Source: Chitinophagales bacterium
Lineage (GTDB): Bacteria > Bacteroidota > Bacteroidia > Chitinophagales > Chitinophagaceae
DNA length: 64,000 bases
Assembly: GCA_017303415.1 (NCBI GenBank)
Contig: JAFLBJ010000002.1
Span: 1 to 64,000, forward strand
Direction: 5' to 3'
Shown one piece after another: positions 1-9,532 of the stretch; position 1 is the first letter of the stretch; each line of letters begins with the position of its first letter. The notes beneath the pieces were generated by a model. That model ran no database searches and was not told where the DNA came from. It was given only the letters and a program-made list of their open reading frames with translations. Both the position numbers and the translations under genes were made by a program.

Positions 1-205
1 TAGGTAAGAAAAAACCACAGAGGCGCAGAGATTATAATTGAATTTGTTTCAAGGCGGTGGTTTTGATGGGCCATAGTCTGGTGAACTACAATTGTGATAG
101 TTTGGAGTTTGTAAGACAACGGCCAGCCTTCTGTTTTTTAAAGAGGTACGGGAAGACTCAGGAGAGCAGGGGTGCCATAGGTCAGGATGTTAACTTGTTA
201 AAACA
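1..205 (+). repeat. Cassette leader repeat A, copy 1 (truncated at the window edge). About 85% identical to copy 2 at 1384-1585
   Basis: Direct alignment of 1-200 with 1384-1580, for example shared 'cagaggcgcagagattataattgaattt', 'ggtacgggaagactcaggagagc' and 'ctacaattgtg'. Lies immediately upstream of ORF 212-697. Confidence 0.8.
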
Positions 206-211
206 ATAAGG

Positions 212-697
212 ATGAAAATTATCGTGATTAAGTACAATTCAACCTCGTTCTCTATTCAACAGAACAGAAAGGTACTTTGGCTTTATCGACTGGAATTAGC
301 GATTTATAGTGTAGGTTTTTTGGTGATTATGTATTTTATGTATTCAATGAGTGAAAGTAGCATGATGAGTAAATTAACTGTTATTGGGACTTTGGCTATT
401 GTTTTTTCCTTTGTAATTATTAGAAAAAGAAAAAGTTTGTCGAAAAATGATTTTTTACTTGAGAAAATAAACGATGGATTTTGTATTAATGGTACCGTTG
501 CAACTGAGAATATTGCATTTGGGTCAATTGAAATTAAGGAAATGGTATCGACATATTCGACTAGTAGCTATTATGATATTATTATCAAAGTAAACGATAA
601 GGGTATTCCAGTGGCATTTGGAATAGATGAATCTGATAAGGATACAATAATGGGTGGTCTTAGATATTTATTAGGGGGTGGTGTTTCAAAATGGTAG
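212..697 (+). CDS. Small hypothetical membrane protein, cassette ORF 1. AT-rich with predicted TM helices. Candidate orphan immunity-like protein
   Basis: 161 aa ORF. Hydrophobic stretches (LAIYSVGFLVIMYFMY, VIGTLAIVFSFVII). Flanked by the conserved leader and trailer repeats. GC is well below that of the rest of the window. Confidence 0.55.
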   Translation: MKIIVIKYNSTSFSIQQNRKVLWLYRLELAIYSVGFLVIMYFMYSMSESSMMSKLTVIGTLAIVFSFVIIRKRKSLSKNDFLLEKINDGFCINGTVATENIAFGSIEIKEMVSTYSTSSYYDIIIKVNDKGIPVAFGIDESDKDTIMGGLRYLLGGGVSKW

Positions 698-815
698 GGT
701 AGAATAGGTCTCGGTCTCCCTCCCTTGCCATCAAAAACATACGCCAGCTAAAACACAGTCCGGATAATATGGGACTGGGTATTTTGCTTTGCATCCGCTG
801 GCATAGATTTTAGCT
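698..815 (+). repeat. Cassette trailer repeat B, copy 1. Includes a rho-independent terminator hairpin at 752-790
   Basis: 'taggtctcggtctccctcccttgccaNcaaaaNcatacgccagctaaaacacagtcc..ggactg..ttttgcttYgcaYccgctgKcatag' is conserved with copies at 1322-1383 and 2035-2145. The hairpin is cagtcc/ggactg followed by a T-run. Confidence 0.8.
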
Positions 816-853
816 CAAAAAATGTTCAGAGTAAGAATTCATAAAATATAGGA

Positions 854-1321
854 ATGACTGCAATAAATGATTTGTTAAGAAACTTCTATAAGGAAGGCAC
901 TAGTGAGTTGCATTGGGGTAAGGTTATAGCAAGTGTTTTATTTGCTTTATTATTACTGTCAATAGGCCTTTGTAATAGAAGTAAAAAACAAAAATTGAAT
1001 TCAGAAAGAGAAAGAGATCACCGTTATACAATAGGAGTGACCGGGGTTAAACATCATAATATTAGAAGCTCACAACCTACAGTTAATTTCTACTACGAAG
1101 TTTTGGGGAAACAATACGAGGGAACTGAAAGTATTGGAGCTTCATACGAAAAGGATGTAACTCCCAATGGGGGCAGATTCTTTGTTGAATTTTCTACAAA
1201 TAATCCAAGTAACGGCAAGCTTCTCTTTGATCACCCGGTGCCTGACTATATTCGATCTTTTCCTGATAGTGGTTGGATTGATATTACTGAGGGAACTCTG
1301 AAAGGATGGGCTCCAGAATAG
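854..1321 (+). CDS. Small hypothetical membrane-anchored protein, cassette ORF 2
   Basis: 155 aa ORF with an N-terminal TM segment (VIASVLFALLLLSIGL). Followed directly by a truncated trailer B copy. Confidence 0.5.
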   Translation: MTAINDLLRNFYKEGTSELHWGKVIASVLFALLLLSIGLCNRSKKQKLNSERERDHRYTIGVTGVKHHNIRSSQPTVNFYYEVLGKQYEGTESIGASYEKDVTPNGGRFFVEFSTNNPSNGKLLFDHPVPDYIRSFPDSGWIDITEGTLKGWAPE

Positions 1322-1383
1322 GTGGATAGGTCTCGATCTCCCTCCCTTGCCAACAAAATCATATGCCAGCTAAATAATTTTTA
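1322..1383 (+). repeat. Cassette trailer repeat B, copy 2. Truncated and lacks the terminator segment. Fused to leader A copy 2
   Basis: 'taggtctcgatctccctcccttgccaacaaaatcatatgccagctaaata' matches the first half of B1 and B3. Confidence 0.75.
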
Positions 1384-1585
1384 AGAGATTTGGGTAAGAA
1401 ATAACAACAGAGGCGCATAGATTATAATTGAATTTTTTTCAAAGCGGTGGTGTGGATGGGCCGTAGTCTGGTTAACTACAATTGTGTTATTTTGGAGTTA
1501 ATAAGACAACAGCCAGCGGGTTTCTGTTTTTTGAAAAGGTACGGGAAGACTCAGGAGAGCGGGGTCTGACAATTAATAACCAAAA
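1384..1585 (+). repeat. Cassette leader repeat A, copy 2
   Basis: See the alignment with 1-205. Lies immediately upstream of ORF 1594-2034. Confidence 0.8.
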
Positions 1586-1593
1586 TATTTTTT

Positions 1594-2034
1594 ATGTTAA
1601 GGGTATTTTTCTTGGTAATGTTATTTATGCTAAGTAAGCAAAGAGTACATTCACAAACAATGCCAAAGGATACTTGTTATACAAATCCAAAACCTGTCGC
1701 TTGTTTTGACGCTTTGAGATATAATTCCAAATATTGGATTCAAGATAGCTTGACGAGGACTGGATTTAGAGATTTGTTCGCGAACGAGTATTTAGCTAAC
1801 TGTAGCACATGTTTTAGAGGGAGAAAATGGGCAGATGTATCGACGTATTTTGGAAAGCCTAATTTTGTGTTTGAAGGGGGGAAGTATTTAAAAGAAGGAG
1901 AGACTCTTTACCGATATTATGTTCATTATGAAGGGGATATCAAGGATTTTAAAGATATTGGTAATAGATACTTTGATATTATTATATATAACGGCATAAT
2001 TGTATATACAGGATTAGATGAGATTGATGGATAA
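1594..2034 (+). CDS. Small hypothetical secreted protein, cassette ORF 3. Carries a signal peptide
   Basis: 146 aa ORF. N-terminal hydrophobic signal-like segment MLRVFFLVMLFMLS. Cys-containing. Flanked by leader A2 and trailer B3. Confidence 0.5.
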   Translation: MLRVFFLVMLFMLSKQRVHSQTMPKDTCYTNPKPVACFDALRYNSKYWIQDSLTRTGFRDLFANEYLANCSTCFRGRKWADVSTYFGKPNFVFEGGKYLKEGETLYRYYVHYEGDIKDFKDIGNRYFDIIIYNGIIVYTGLDEIDG

Positions 2035-2145
2035 TAAGTCTCGGTCTCCCTCCCTTGCCAACAAAAACATACGCCAGCTAAAACACAGTCCAGATTAAAT
2101 AGGACTGTGTTTTTTGCTTCGCACCCGCTGTCATAGTTTTTGGCT
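2035..2145 (+). repeat. Cassette trailer repeat B, copy 3. Carries a clean rho-independent terminator at 2081-2116
   Basis: 'aaacacagtccagattaaataggactgtgtttttt' forms a perfect 9 bp stem followed by T6. The upstream part is identical to B1. Confidence 0.85.
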
Positions 2146-2270
2146 GCGGTCAGTCGCCTTCATCTTGTGCTTCTGAAGCCCTTTTAAGTCTTGCGGCCAG
2201 ATAAATTATGTCAACTAAATTTGTTTGTTAGTATCAAATAAAAGTGTAGTTTAGTATCAAATAAATATTT

Positions 2271-3470
2271 TTGATATTAGATAATATAATAGAAGTTATT
2301 GAAAGTCAGAAAGTTAATCTTAACCATATAACAAGGGGGATGCTCCGAATGGAACTGGATAAACTTCCTGATATGGAAACCCATGCCTTGATCCTAACCG
2401 GTGTTCGGCGATGTGGGAAGAGCACCCTTGTTTCCCAATTCCTGAAAGAAAGACATGTTAATTTCCTTTATTTGAATTTTGAAGACCCTCGATTATATGA
2501 ATTTGAATTAAAGGATTTCACTAAACTGGATGAATATATACAGGAAAGCAAAATCCGTGTTTTGGCTTTTGACGAAATCCAGGTCATTGACCAATGGGAA
2601 AGATATATTCGACAAAAAGTGGACCAACGGTTCAGAGTTATCCTGACGGGCTCAAATGCATCCATGCTGAGCAGGGAATTGGGAACCAAACTAACAGGAA
2701 GACAAATTTCCCGGGAATTGTTTCCTTTTTCGTTTGAGGAGTTCTGTCAATTCCGAAAAGAAAAGAAATCAAAAATTTCCGCATCAACGTATCTGGAAAC
2801 AGGCGGCTTCCCGGAATATGTAGTTAGTGGGAATCAAGAGATTTTAACACAGCTATTTAATGACATTCTTGTACGAGATATAGCCGCACGCCATGGCATT
2901 CGCGATATTCGATCTTTACAACGACTGGCTTTATATCTGATCACCAATATTAGCAAACCAGTTTCAGCGTCAAACCTTAAATCACTAATCAATCTCGGAG
3001 CCACCAGCACCATATTGGAACATATGTCCTATCTGGAAGATGCCTATTTGCTATTTTTTATACCCAAATTCAGCTATTCACTCAGAGCCCAGGCAATCAA
3101 TCCCCGGAAGGTGTATGCGGTAGATACAGGGTTGGTTCACGTCAATTCATTGTCGTTCAATGATGATCATGGACGGAAATTGGAGAATATGGTTTTTCTT
3201 CATTTGAGAAGATCTTATCACGATATCAGTTATTTTTCTGAAAAGGGGGAATGTGACTTTGTCGTGTCAGAAAAAGGAAAGGTTTCTAAGTGTATTCAGG
3301 TATGTTATCATTTAAATCCGGATAACCAGGATCGTGAGTTAAATGGTTTATTCGAGGCGCTTGAGTTTTTCTCCATGGATACGGGTTGGATCATTACACT
3401 TGACCAGAAAGACAAATTCGAGCGGAATGGTAAAACCATACTGGCAGTCCCGGTGTATGAGTGGGCCTAG
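2271..3470 (+). CDS. AAA+ ATPase of the DUF4143 family (ATP-binding protein)
   Basis: Walker A LTGVRRCGKSTL and Walker B-like VLAFDEIQ. Length about 390 aa. The family is commonly found flanking variable islands. The true start may be the internal Met near 2340. Confidence 0.7.
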   Translation: MILDNIIEVIESQKVNLNHITRGMLRMELDKLPDMETHALILTGVRRCGKSTLVSQFLKERHVNFLYLNFEDPRLYEFELKDFTKLDEYIQESKIRVLAFDEIQVIDQWERYIRQKVDQRFRVILTGSNASMLSRELGTKLTGRQISRELFPFSFEEFCQFRKEKKSKISASTYLETGGFPEYVVSGNQEILTQLFNDILVRDIAARHGIRDIRSLQRLALYLITNISKPVSASNLKSLINLGATSTILEHMSYLEDAYLLFFIPKFSYSLRAQAINPRKVYAVDTGLVHVNSLSFNDDHGRKLENMVFLHLRRSYHDISYFSEKGECDFVVSEKGKVSKCIQVCYHLNPDNQDRELNGLFEALEFFSMDTGWIITLDQKDKFERNGKTILAVPVYEWA

Positions 3471-3481
3471 GTGAAAGGAAA

Positions 3482-4549
3482 TTAATTAATAACCGCATTG
3501 ATCCTCGCCCATAAGTTATTATCATATCCCGATACAGCAAAAACCGGATTGTTGGGATCACTAAAATCACCCATTCTGACAATGACCATTTTCTTGCTCG
3601 GAATGATATAGATGCGGTTGTCTTGTGCACCCATAGCGGCAAACATGTCATTTGGCGCATTGGTGACCAGGTTCGTGTTGTAAACCACCTGACTTTGGGG
3701 AACCATATACTTCCCTTTTCCATTCAGCCACCACAGATAACCATACGATGGGTTCAAGGTATTGGAGGTATTGGTACTTTCTGTAAAATAAGTTTCATTC
3801 ACCACCTGCTCGGTATTCCACTTGCCTTTATTCAAAGCCAGCAGGCCAAAGCGGGCCATGCTTCGGGTGTTACTGGAATAAATTTTAAATATGGGCCCGA
3901 AATTCCATGAACCATCCATGCCGATCTTGTTCTTCAGCTTGGCCGAAAAATAAGCCTCAAAGCTCTGGTTGGTGGCATCCGCAACCACATCCATCAACTC
4001 CTGAAATACATTTCCATAGGCCCAGCGGTTTCCGGCATCGGCCATATAGGTAAGATTGGCAGGAATGACGAAATTACTGCTATCACTCAACCCGGAGGTC
4101 ATGGTCAATAGATTCCTTACAGTGATCAGGTTTTCTTTTGCCAACGGAGTGCTTGTCCAGCCCGTACCAACATATTGCGATACCTTATCGCTAATGTTTA
4201 AATATCCTTCCTGCTGGGCAATACCTGTTGTAGTCGCTACCAGGGTTTTACCGGCACTGTTCCAGGTCCATTGATCGGTGGAAGTATGGCCATTAAAATA
4301 CTCCTCCATCACAATCCGTCCATTTACCAGGATCATAAATGATTTGGTATTGGTTTGTGCGAGAAAATCCTTCAATTTTTGAATGGAATCCGTTTTCCAG
4401 CCCAGACTGGCTGCGGTTTTTGTTTCCCAGGTGGTGCCGGTTAAAGCAGGGAAATACATGGTTTCCGCGGCGGGGGGATTAGTGTCATCCTTGGTACACC
4501 CCGTTACAAAAAGGGTGATCAGGAGGGAGAGTAGGGTCGTATTTTTCAT
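3482..4549 (-). CDS. Serine hydrolase lipoprotein of the beta-lactamase/PBP-like family
   Basis: Lipobox LFVTGC after MKNTTLLSLLITLFV. S-x-x-K motif (NSAGKT). The ORF-caller start at 4573 is trimmed to Met9. Confidence 0.55.
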   Translation of the reverse strand: MKNTTLLSLLITLFVTGCTKDDTNPPAAETMYFPALTGTTWETKTAASLGWKTDSIQKLKDFLAQTNTKSFMILVNGRIVMEEYFNGHTSTDQWTWNSAGKTLVATTTGIAQQEGYLNISDKVSQYVGTGWTSTPLAKENLITVRNLLTMTSGLSDSSNFVIPANLTYMADAGNRWAYGNVFQELMDVVADATNQSFEAYFSAKLKNKIGMDGSWNFGPIFKIYSSNTRSMARFGLLALNKGKWNTEQVVNETYFTESTNTSNTLNPSYGYLWWLNGKGKYMVPQSQVVYNTNLVTNAPNDMFAAMGAQDNRIYIIPSKKMVIVRMGDFSDPNNPVFAVSGYDNNLWARINAVIN

Positions 4550-4629
4550 AAAGTATTGAATCTCAAAAATCAAACCTATAGACAGAAATATGAGATCAAC
4601 GTTTAACGAACAGAAAGAATTAATATTAT

Positions 4630-5946
4630 TTAAAGCCTCTCCAACATCTCGACCACCTTTTCCCGCTTTAAAATTAGATACCCCAGCCGGTCGTTGCTGA
4701 TGCCTTCCCTCAGTTGATAAGAGAATTCAAGCTGCTCGTCGGTTACATTGGTTTCAAAATACCGGAAACTGATATTGGGATAGGATTTCAATTCTTCCCC
4801 GATCTCATATAGATGAGTGGATAAAATAAATAGCGAGTTTTTGATCTTGATAAGCCCCTTTATCACGGTAAGGGAACATTTCATCGCATCCTGGACATTC
4901 GTGCCTTTGAATAACTCGTCGATCAACACCAACCATTTCCGGCCATTGTTGATCTTTTCAATCGTATGCCGGATGCGTTGTACTTCATTAAAGAAATAGC
5001 TTTCGCCCTTGGCAATATTGTCCATCACATTGATATTGGTCAGTAACCCATCCATCAACGTAAGGGTGAATTCTTTGGCTGGTACTCCCATTCCCATATG
5101 GGCGAGAAAGACCGCTGCCCCCATGGATTTGATCAAGGTACTCTTGCCCGCCATATTCGCTCCGGTGAGAAACAAAAAATTCTGCGAAGGGTCCAGGTCC
5201 ACATCATAGGCTGTGGGACGGGGAAGCAGGATATGATACAACCCCTTTGCCCTTACTGTTGCCGCATCGCTTTCAATAAAGGTGGGGAAACTGAGTTGAA
5301 AGGTCTTTACAGCATGCGCCATGGAATACCAGGCATCCAGTCGCCCAAATATGTCGATCAACTCCAGGGTATTGGTCTTATACCGGTTGCGCAATTGATA
5401 CCCAAAGTAAATATTTTCAAGCGGTGTCAATTTCGAATCCGCATGTTGAGCGGCGAGTTTCTCCAATGCGGGCTCACGGAGTAATTGGAGCAAACGGTCA
5501 ATATAGATCTTGAAAAAAGCGGGCAGGTCCACATGCTCAAACAATAATCCCAGTTGCCGGATGCCCTGAAAAAAATCAGCAAAATGTTTGACCGAATATT
5601 TGATCATGGAATAGTCTTCCGAGTGAAGGGCCCGGTAGAAAAAGGAATTGATAGGATTGGGATGCTCGGGCATGGGGTCGAGACTGTAATCCAGGTATTT
5701 TTCCATGACCAGGAGCGTACCATTGCTGATATTGGCAGGCCATTGATCGAGTTTTTCGGAAAGGGTTTGAATGATCTTCTGGGTACCCAGAATACGCCTG
5801 AGATCGGAGTGGGGTTCGTTGAAAAAATACTTCAACCATTCACGGCCATAATTGGTGCGGGTGAAGTTGAGTTTATGAAAAATGGAGAATTCTTCTTCGT
5901 TTTGGAAGATGGCAATGTCGTTGAAGGTCTGTTTGTCAATTTGCAT
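4630..5946 (-). CDS. MutS-family ATPase lacking the mismatch-binding domain (MutS domain V only, MutS-related protein)
   Basis: Walker A TGANMAGKSTLIKS. Walker B LVLIDELFKGTN. STHLYE motif. Start assigned to Met11, which overlaps the upstream stop as TAATG. Confidence 0.7.
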   Translation of the reverse strand: MQIDKQTFNDIAIFQNEEEFSIFHKLNFTRTNYGREWLKYFFNEPHSDLRRILGTQKIIQTLSEKLDQWPANISNGTLLVMEKYLDYSLDPMPEHPNPINSFFYRALHSEDYSMIKYSVKHFADFFQGIRQLGLLFEHVDLPAFFKIYIDRLLQLLREPALEKLAAQHADSKLTPLENIYFGYQLRNRYKTNTLELIDIFGRLDAWYSMAHAVKTFQLSFPTFIESDAATVRAKGLYHILLPRPTAYDVDLDPSQNFLFLTGANMAGKSTLIKSMGAAVFLAHMGMGVPAKEFTLTLMDGLLTNINVMDNIAKGESYFFNEVQRIRHTIEKINNGRKWLVLIDELFKGTNVQDAMKCSLTVIKGLIKIKNSLFILSTHLYEIGEELKSYPNISFRYFETNVTDEQLEFSYQLREGISNDRLGYLILKREKVVEMLERL

Positions 5947-7289
5947 TATCGGTTGAATTGGAGACGCTGTCCCCATTGAGATTCATTGATCACTCCGTTT
6001 CCATATACCAAATGCCCGTTTACAAAGGTATGTGTCACCGAGGCCGGGAAGTTAAAACCTTCCAACGGGCTCCAGCCACATTTGTACAGGATATTCTTCT
6101 TGTTTACCTGCCAGGGTTGTTCCAGGTCAACCAATACCAGGTCGGCCATATAGCCTTCGCGGATATAGCCCCTGTCCTTTATCTCAAAACAATCCGCCAC
6201 GGCATGGCTCATTTTCTCCACGATCTTTTCCAGGCTGATCTTTCCCTGATGGTGATAGTACAGCATCAGGTTGAGCGAGTGCTGTACAAGCGGTAAACCG
6301 GCATGTGCTTTTTCATAGGGCTCATTCTTTTCCTCCCAGGTATGCGGGGCATGGTCGGTAGCGATCACATCCAACCGGTCATCCAGCAGGGCCTTCCATA
6401 ATCCATCACGGTTATGCGGCGCTTTGATCGCCGGATTGCATTTGATCTGGTTGCCCAGGGTGGCATAGTCATCACTTGTGAAATGCAGGTGGTGTACACA
6501 TACTTCGGCGGTGATCCTTTTCTGTTTCAGGGGAAACATATTGGTGAACAGGGCCAGTTCTTTTTCGGTACTGATATGGAGGATGTGGAGCCGGGTATCA
6601 TATTTTTTGGCGATCTGAATGGCCATCAGCGAAGATTCGTAGCAGGCCTCCTCATCCCTGATCACCGGATGATCGGCAGGTGTGAGGGGTTCGCCGGTGG
6701 CCATTCTTTTTTCTTTGTTCAGTCGAATGATCCGTTCGTCCTCGCAATGGGTGGCGATCAGGACTTCGCTTTCGCGAAATATTTTATCCAGTGTATTAGG
6801 ATTATCCACCAGCATATTGCCCGTGGAAGAACCCATAAAGATCTTTACCCCGCAGATATCCTTTTTGCGGGCATTGGTCTTGAGTACTTCATCGGCATTG
6901 TCATTCCCGGTCCCCATAAAAAAAGAATAATTGGCCAGGGAGGAGCGGGCGGCGATGGCATATTTATCTTCAAGCAATTCCTGTGTCAGGGCATTGGGGA
7001 TGGTATTAGGCATTTCCATAAAACTTGTCACCCCACCGGCCACTGCAGCCCTGGCTTCAGTGTAGATATTGGCCTTGTGGGTAAGACCGGGTTCCCGAAA
7101 ATGAACCTGGTCATCAATACAGCCCGGGAGCAGGTATTTACCATCAGCAACGATCTCTTCCGCCTTTGTATTTCCTCCGGAAATGACCCCGCCTACCTGT
7201 TCGATCCGGCCCTCTTTTATCCAAAGGTCACCTTCCTGTATGCTTCCCTCATTAACAATCCGGGCATTCTTTATAATATATTGACCCAT
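5946..7289 (-). CDS. pyrC: Dihydroorotase-like cyclic amidohydrolase (DHOase class I / allantoinase family)
   Basis: Metal-binding signature DDQVHFREPG near the N-terminus. Conserved DHAPH segment (VIATDHAPHTWEEK). 447 aa, typical for Bacteroidota pyrC. Confidence 0.65.
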   Translation of the reverse strand: MGQYIIKNARIVNEGSIQEGDLWIKEGRIEQVGGVISGGNTKAEEIVADGKYLLPGCIDDQVHFREPGLTHKANIYTEARAAVAGGVTSFMEMPNTIPNALTQELLEDKYAIAARSSLANYSFFMGTGNDNADEVLKTNARKKDICGVKIFMGSSTGNMLVDNPNTLDKIFRESEVLIATHCEDERIIRLNKEKRMATGEPLTPADHPVIRDEEACYESSLMAIQIAKKYDTRLHILHISTEKELALFTNMFPLKQKRITAEVCVHHLHFTSDDYATLGNQIKCNPAIKAPHNRDGLWKALLDDRLDVIATDHAPHTWEEKNEPYEKAHAGLPLVQHSLNLMLYYHHQGKISLEKIVEKMSHAVADCFEIKDRGYIREGYMADLVLVDLEQPWQVNKKNILYKCGWSPLEGFNFPASVTHTFVNGHLVYGNGVINESQWGQRLQFNR

Positions 7290-7375
7290 ATCTCGTTAAA
7301 TATTTTTCTGTGTGTTCAGGGCTTTCCGTGAGCCATTATTTGGCTAACTTGTCACCAGCTTCAATTCAATATCAC

Positions 7376-9067
7376 ATGCAATTTAATCAAAAACGCCCCC
7401 TCCTTGTCGTTTTGGCAATGGCCATTTCATCGGCTACGGCATTTGCCCAGTCCACTTTTCTTCAGCAAGGTTCCAAAGACCAGATCATCCTGGAAAGGCT
7501 GGAGATCAAAGCGCAAAAGGATTCTGTCCTGAATTTCTCCAAGAACCGCTATCTCACCCGTCGATATGCGGCAGGGGCAGTGGGGAGATGGGAGCAGCAT
7601 GTGGGTATGCAGTCACTCTCCAAAACAGATGCCTATAATATCCAGGGTTTATTGCAGGACAACATCGAGGAGCTGCCCGATAGCGTCCGGCTCAGGCTGG
7701 CGAGTCGCAAACCTTTGGGACGTTTTTACCAGACTCCATCCAATTTGTATGAGGTCCACATCAAAGATTTTGATCTGGTCATCAATCCGGTGATCCAGTT
7801 CAGGTATATGAAGGAGAGTGGGAATGATGAGACGCTTTTTCAAAATACTCGTGGCCTGGCGTTGAGGGGACGAATTTCGAATAAGATCGGGTTTGCCGCG
7901 TACCTGACCGAGAACCAGGAGCGGGATCCTTTCTATGTGCAGGCCTGGGAGGATAGTTTTAAATCTGTTCCCGGCGGCGGTTATTATAAAAATTTCAAGG
8001 GTACGGGGTTTGATTATTTTGATGCCAGAGGTTACTTCACCTTTAATGCCGCGAAATACATTGATATCACTTTTGGCTATGACCGCAATTTTATCGGCAA
8101 TGGGTACCGTAGCCTTTTCCTGAGTGATTTTAGTCAGAATACACTTTTCTTAAAACTCAATACCCGGATCTGGAAATTCAATTACCAGAACATCTTTATG
8201 GAATTGACCCAGACAGAGCCACGCGCTGCGGACCGGTTACTCCGGAAAAAATATGCCGCGATGCACCACCTGGATGTGCAGCTGACCAAATCCATCAATG
8301 TGGGGCTGTTTGAAGGGGTGGTCTTTGGCCGGAGCAACCGGTTTGAGTTTGGCTACCTTGTCCCGGTAATTTTCTATCGTTCCATTGAGCAGCAAAACGG
8401 AAGTTTTGATAACTCGGTGGCTGGACTTGATTTCAAAGCGAATATCCGCAAACAGTTTCAGGTGTATGGGCAATTCCTGTTGGACGAATTCAACCTGGCA
8501 CAGATCAAGCGGAATGACGGATGGTGGGCCAATAAATGGGGACTTCAATTAGGTGCGAAATACATTGATGCATTTGGGATTGATAACCTGGACCTGCAGG
8601 TGGAAATGAACAGGGTGCGTCCGTTTACCTATTCGCACCGTGATTCGGTGGCCAACTATACCCATTATAACCAACCGTTGGCTCATCCCCTGGGGGCCAA
8701 CTTCAATGAGGTTATTGCCATCCTTCGCTATCAACCGGCACCACGCTGGACGATCTTAGGGAAGTTGATGAGTTGGAAGCAGGGTTTGAATGTTGGAGCG
8801 CAGAGTTTTGGCAGCAATATCTTTTTGCCAAATATACCGCCGTTCAGGGTGGGTGATTATGGTTATGAAATTGGCTCGGGTACAGAGGCCAAATCCATGT
8901 ATGGTTCTTTCTTACTGTCGTATGAACTACGCCCCAATCTTTTTATAGAAGCGCAAGGAGTTTACCGCAAATTTGATGTACCATCCAATTCATCCCGAAA
9001 TAGTTCTGCCAAGATATTGTCGGTTGGAGTACGATGGAATGCTTTTAGGAGAGAGTTTGAGTTTTGA
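7376..9067 (+). CDS. Outer-membrane beta-barrel protein of unknown function
   Basis: Signal peptide MQFNQKRPLLVVLAMAISSATAFAQ. C-terminal ...REFEF with a terminal Phe, typical of OM beta-barrels. Alternating amphipathic strands. Start trimmed from 7310 to 7376. Confidence 0.5.
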   Translation: MQFNQKRPLLVVLAMAISSATAFAQSTFLQQGSKDQIILERLEIKAQKDSVLNFSKNRYLTRRYAAGAVGRWEQHVGMQSLSKTDAYNIQGLLQDNIEELPDSVRLRLASRKPLGRFYQTPSNLYEVHIKDFDLVINPVIQFRYMKESGNDETLFQNTRGLALRGRISNKIGFAAYLTENQERDPFYVQAWEDSFKSVPGGGYYKNFKGTGFDYFDARGYFTFNAAKYIDITFGYDRNFIGNGYRSLFLSDFSQNTLFLKLNTRIWKFNYQNIFMELTQTEPRAADRLLRKKYAAMHHLDVQLTKSINVGLFEGVVFGRSNRFEFGYLVPVIFYRSIEQQNGSFDNSVAGLDFKANIRKQFQVYGQFLLDEFNLAQIKRNDGWWANKWGLQLGAKYIDAFGIDNLDLQVEMNRVRPFTYSHRDSVANYTHYNQPLAHPLGANFNEVIAILRYQPAPRWTILGKLMSWKQGLNVGAQSFGSNIFLPNIPPFRVGDYGYEIGSGTEAKSMYGSFLLSYELRPNLFIEAQGVYRKFDVPSNSSRNSSAKILSVGVRWNAFRREFEF

Positions 9068-9094
9068 TTATAACAAAATTGAAATTCAACGAGG

Positions 9095-9532
9095 TTAGAT
9101 ATCCACATGCATATCTGTCCTGTTTTCAAGCACCATTGAATTTTTGTTTAGTTTGTTTCCAAGAAACATACCAATCAAGAGGGTTACTAAATGCGTAAAG
9201 AATATTATGACCTGATTGACAATTGCATCTTTTCCTATCATTAATGCAAACCCAATAAAGGATAAAAACAAAATAACAATTATAGTGACGATAACCCCTT
9301 GAGTTATTATCACTTTTCTATAATTTGTAGATTTATTTTTTTGCATTTCAGATTCATACTGTAAGGACAGTTCTGAAAGTTTTGTATTGTATTCCAGTTT
9401 TTTCTCTTCTAATTCGATCTGTTTTTCTTCCAGATCAAACCTTCTTTTTTGTTGTTGGATAATGGAATTAAAAAATTCCCGTTCAAAGCCAGATTTCGGT
9501 GGCTGATTTGAATATTTTTGGTGATGAGACAT
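9095..9532 (-). CDS. Hypothetical small membrane protein with a coiled-coil segment
   Basis: 145 aa. KR/E-rich coiled-coil region followed by two TM helices. Overlaps the 72 aa ORF 9483-9701 by 50 nt. Confidence 0.35.
   Translation of the reverse strand: MSHHQKYSNQPPKSGFEREFFNSIIQQQKRRFDLEEKQIELEEKKLEYNTKLSELSLQYESEMQKNKSTNYRKVIITQGVIVTIIVILFLSFIGFALMIGKDAIVNQVIIFFTHLVTLLIGMFLGNKLNKNSMVLENRTDMHVDI

Noticed and set aside
6414-7331. 305-aa ORF on the plus strand
   Set aside because: It lies antisense to the dihydroorotase-like gene, which has strong family motifs. It is a shadow ORF.
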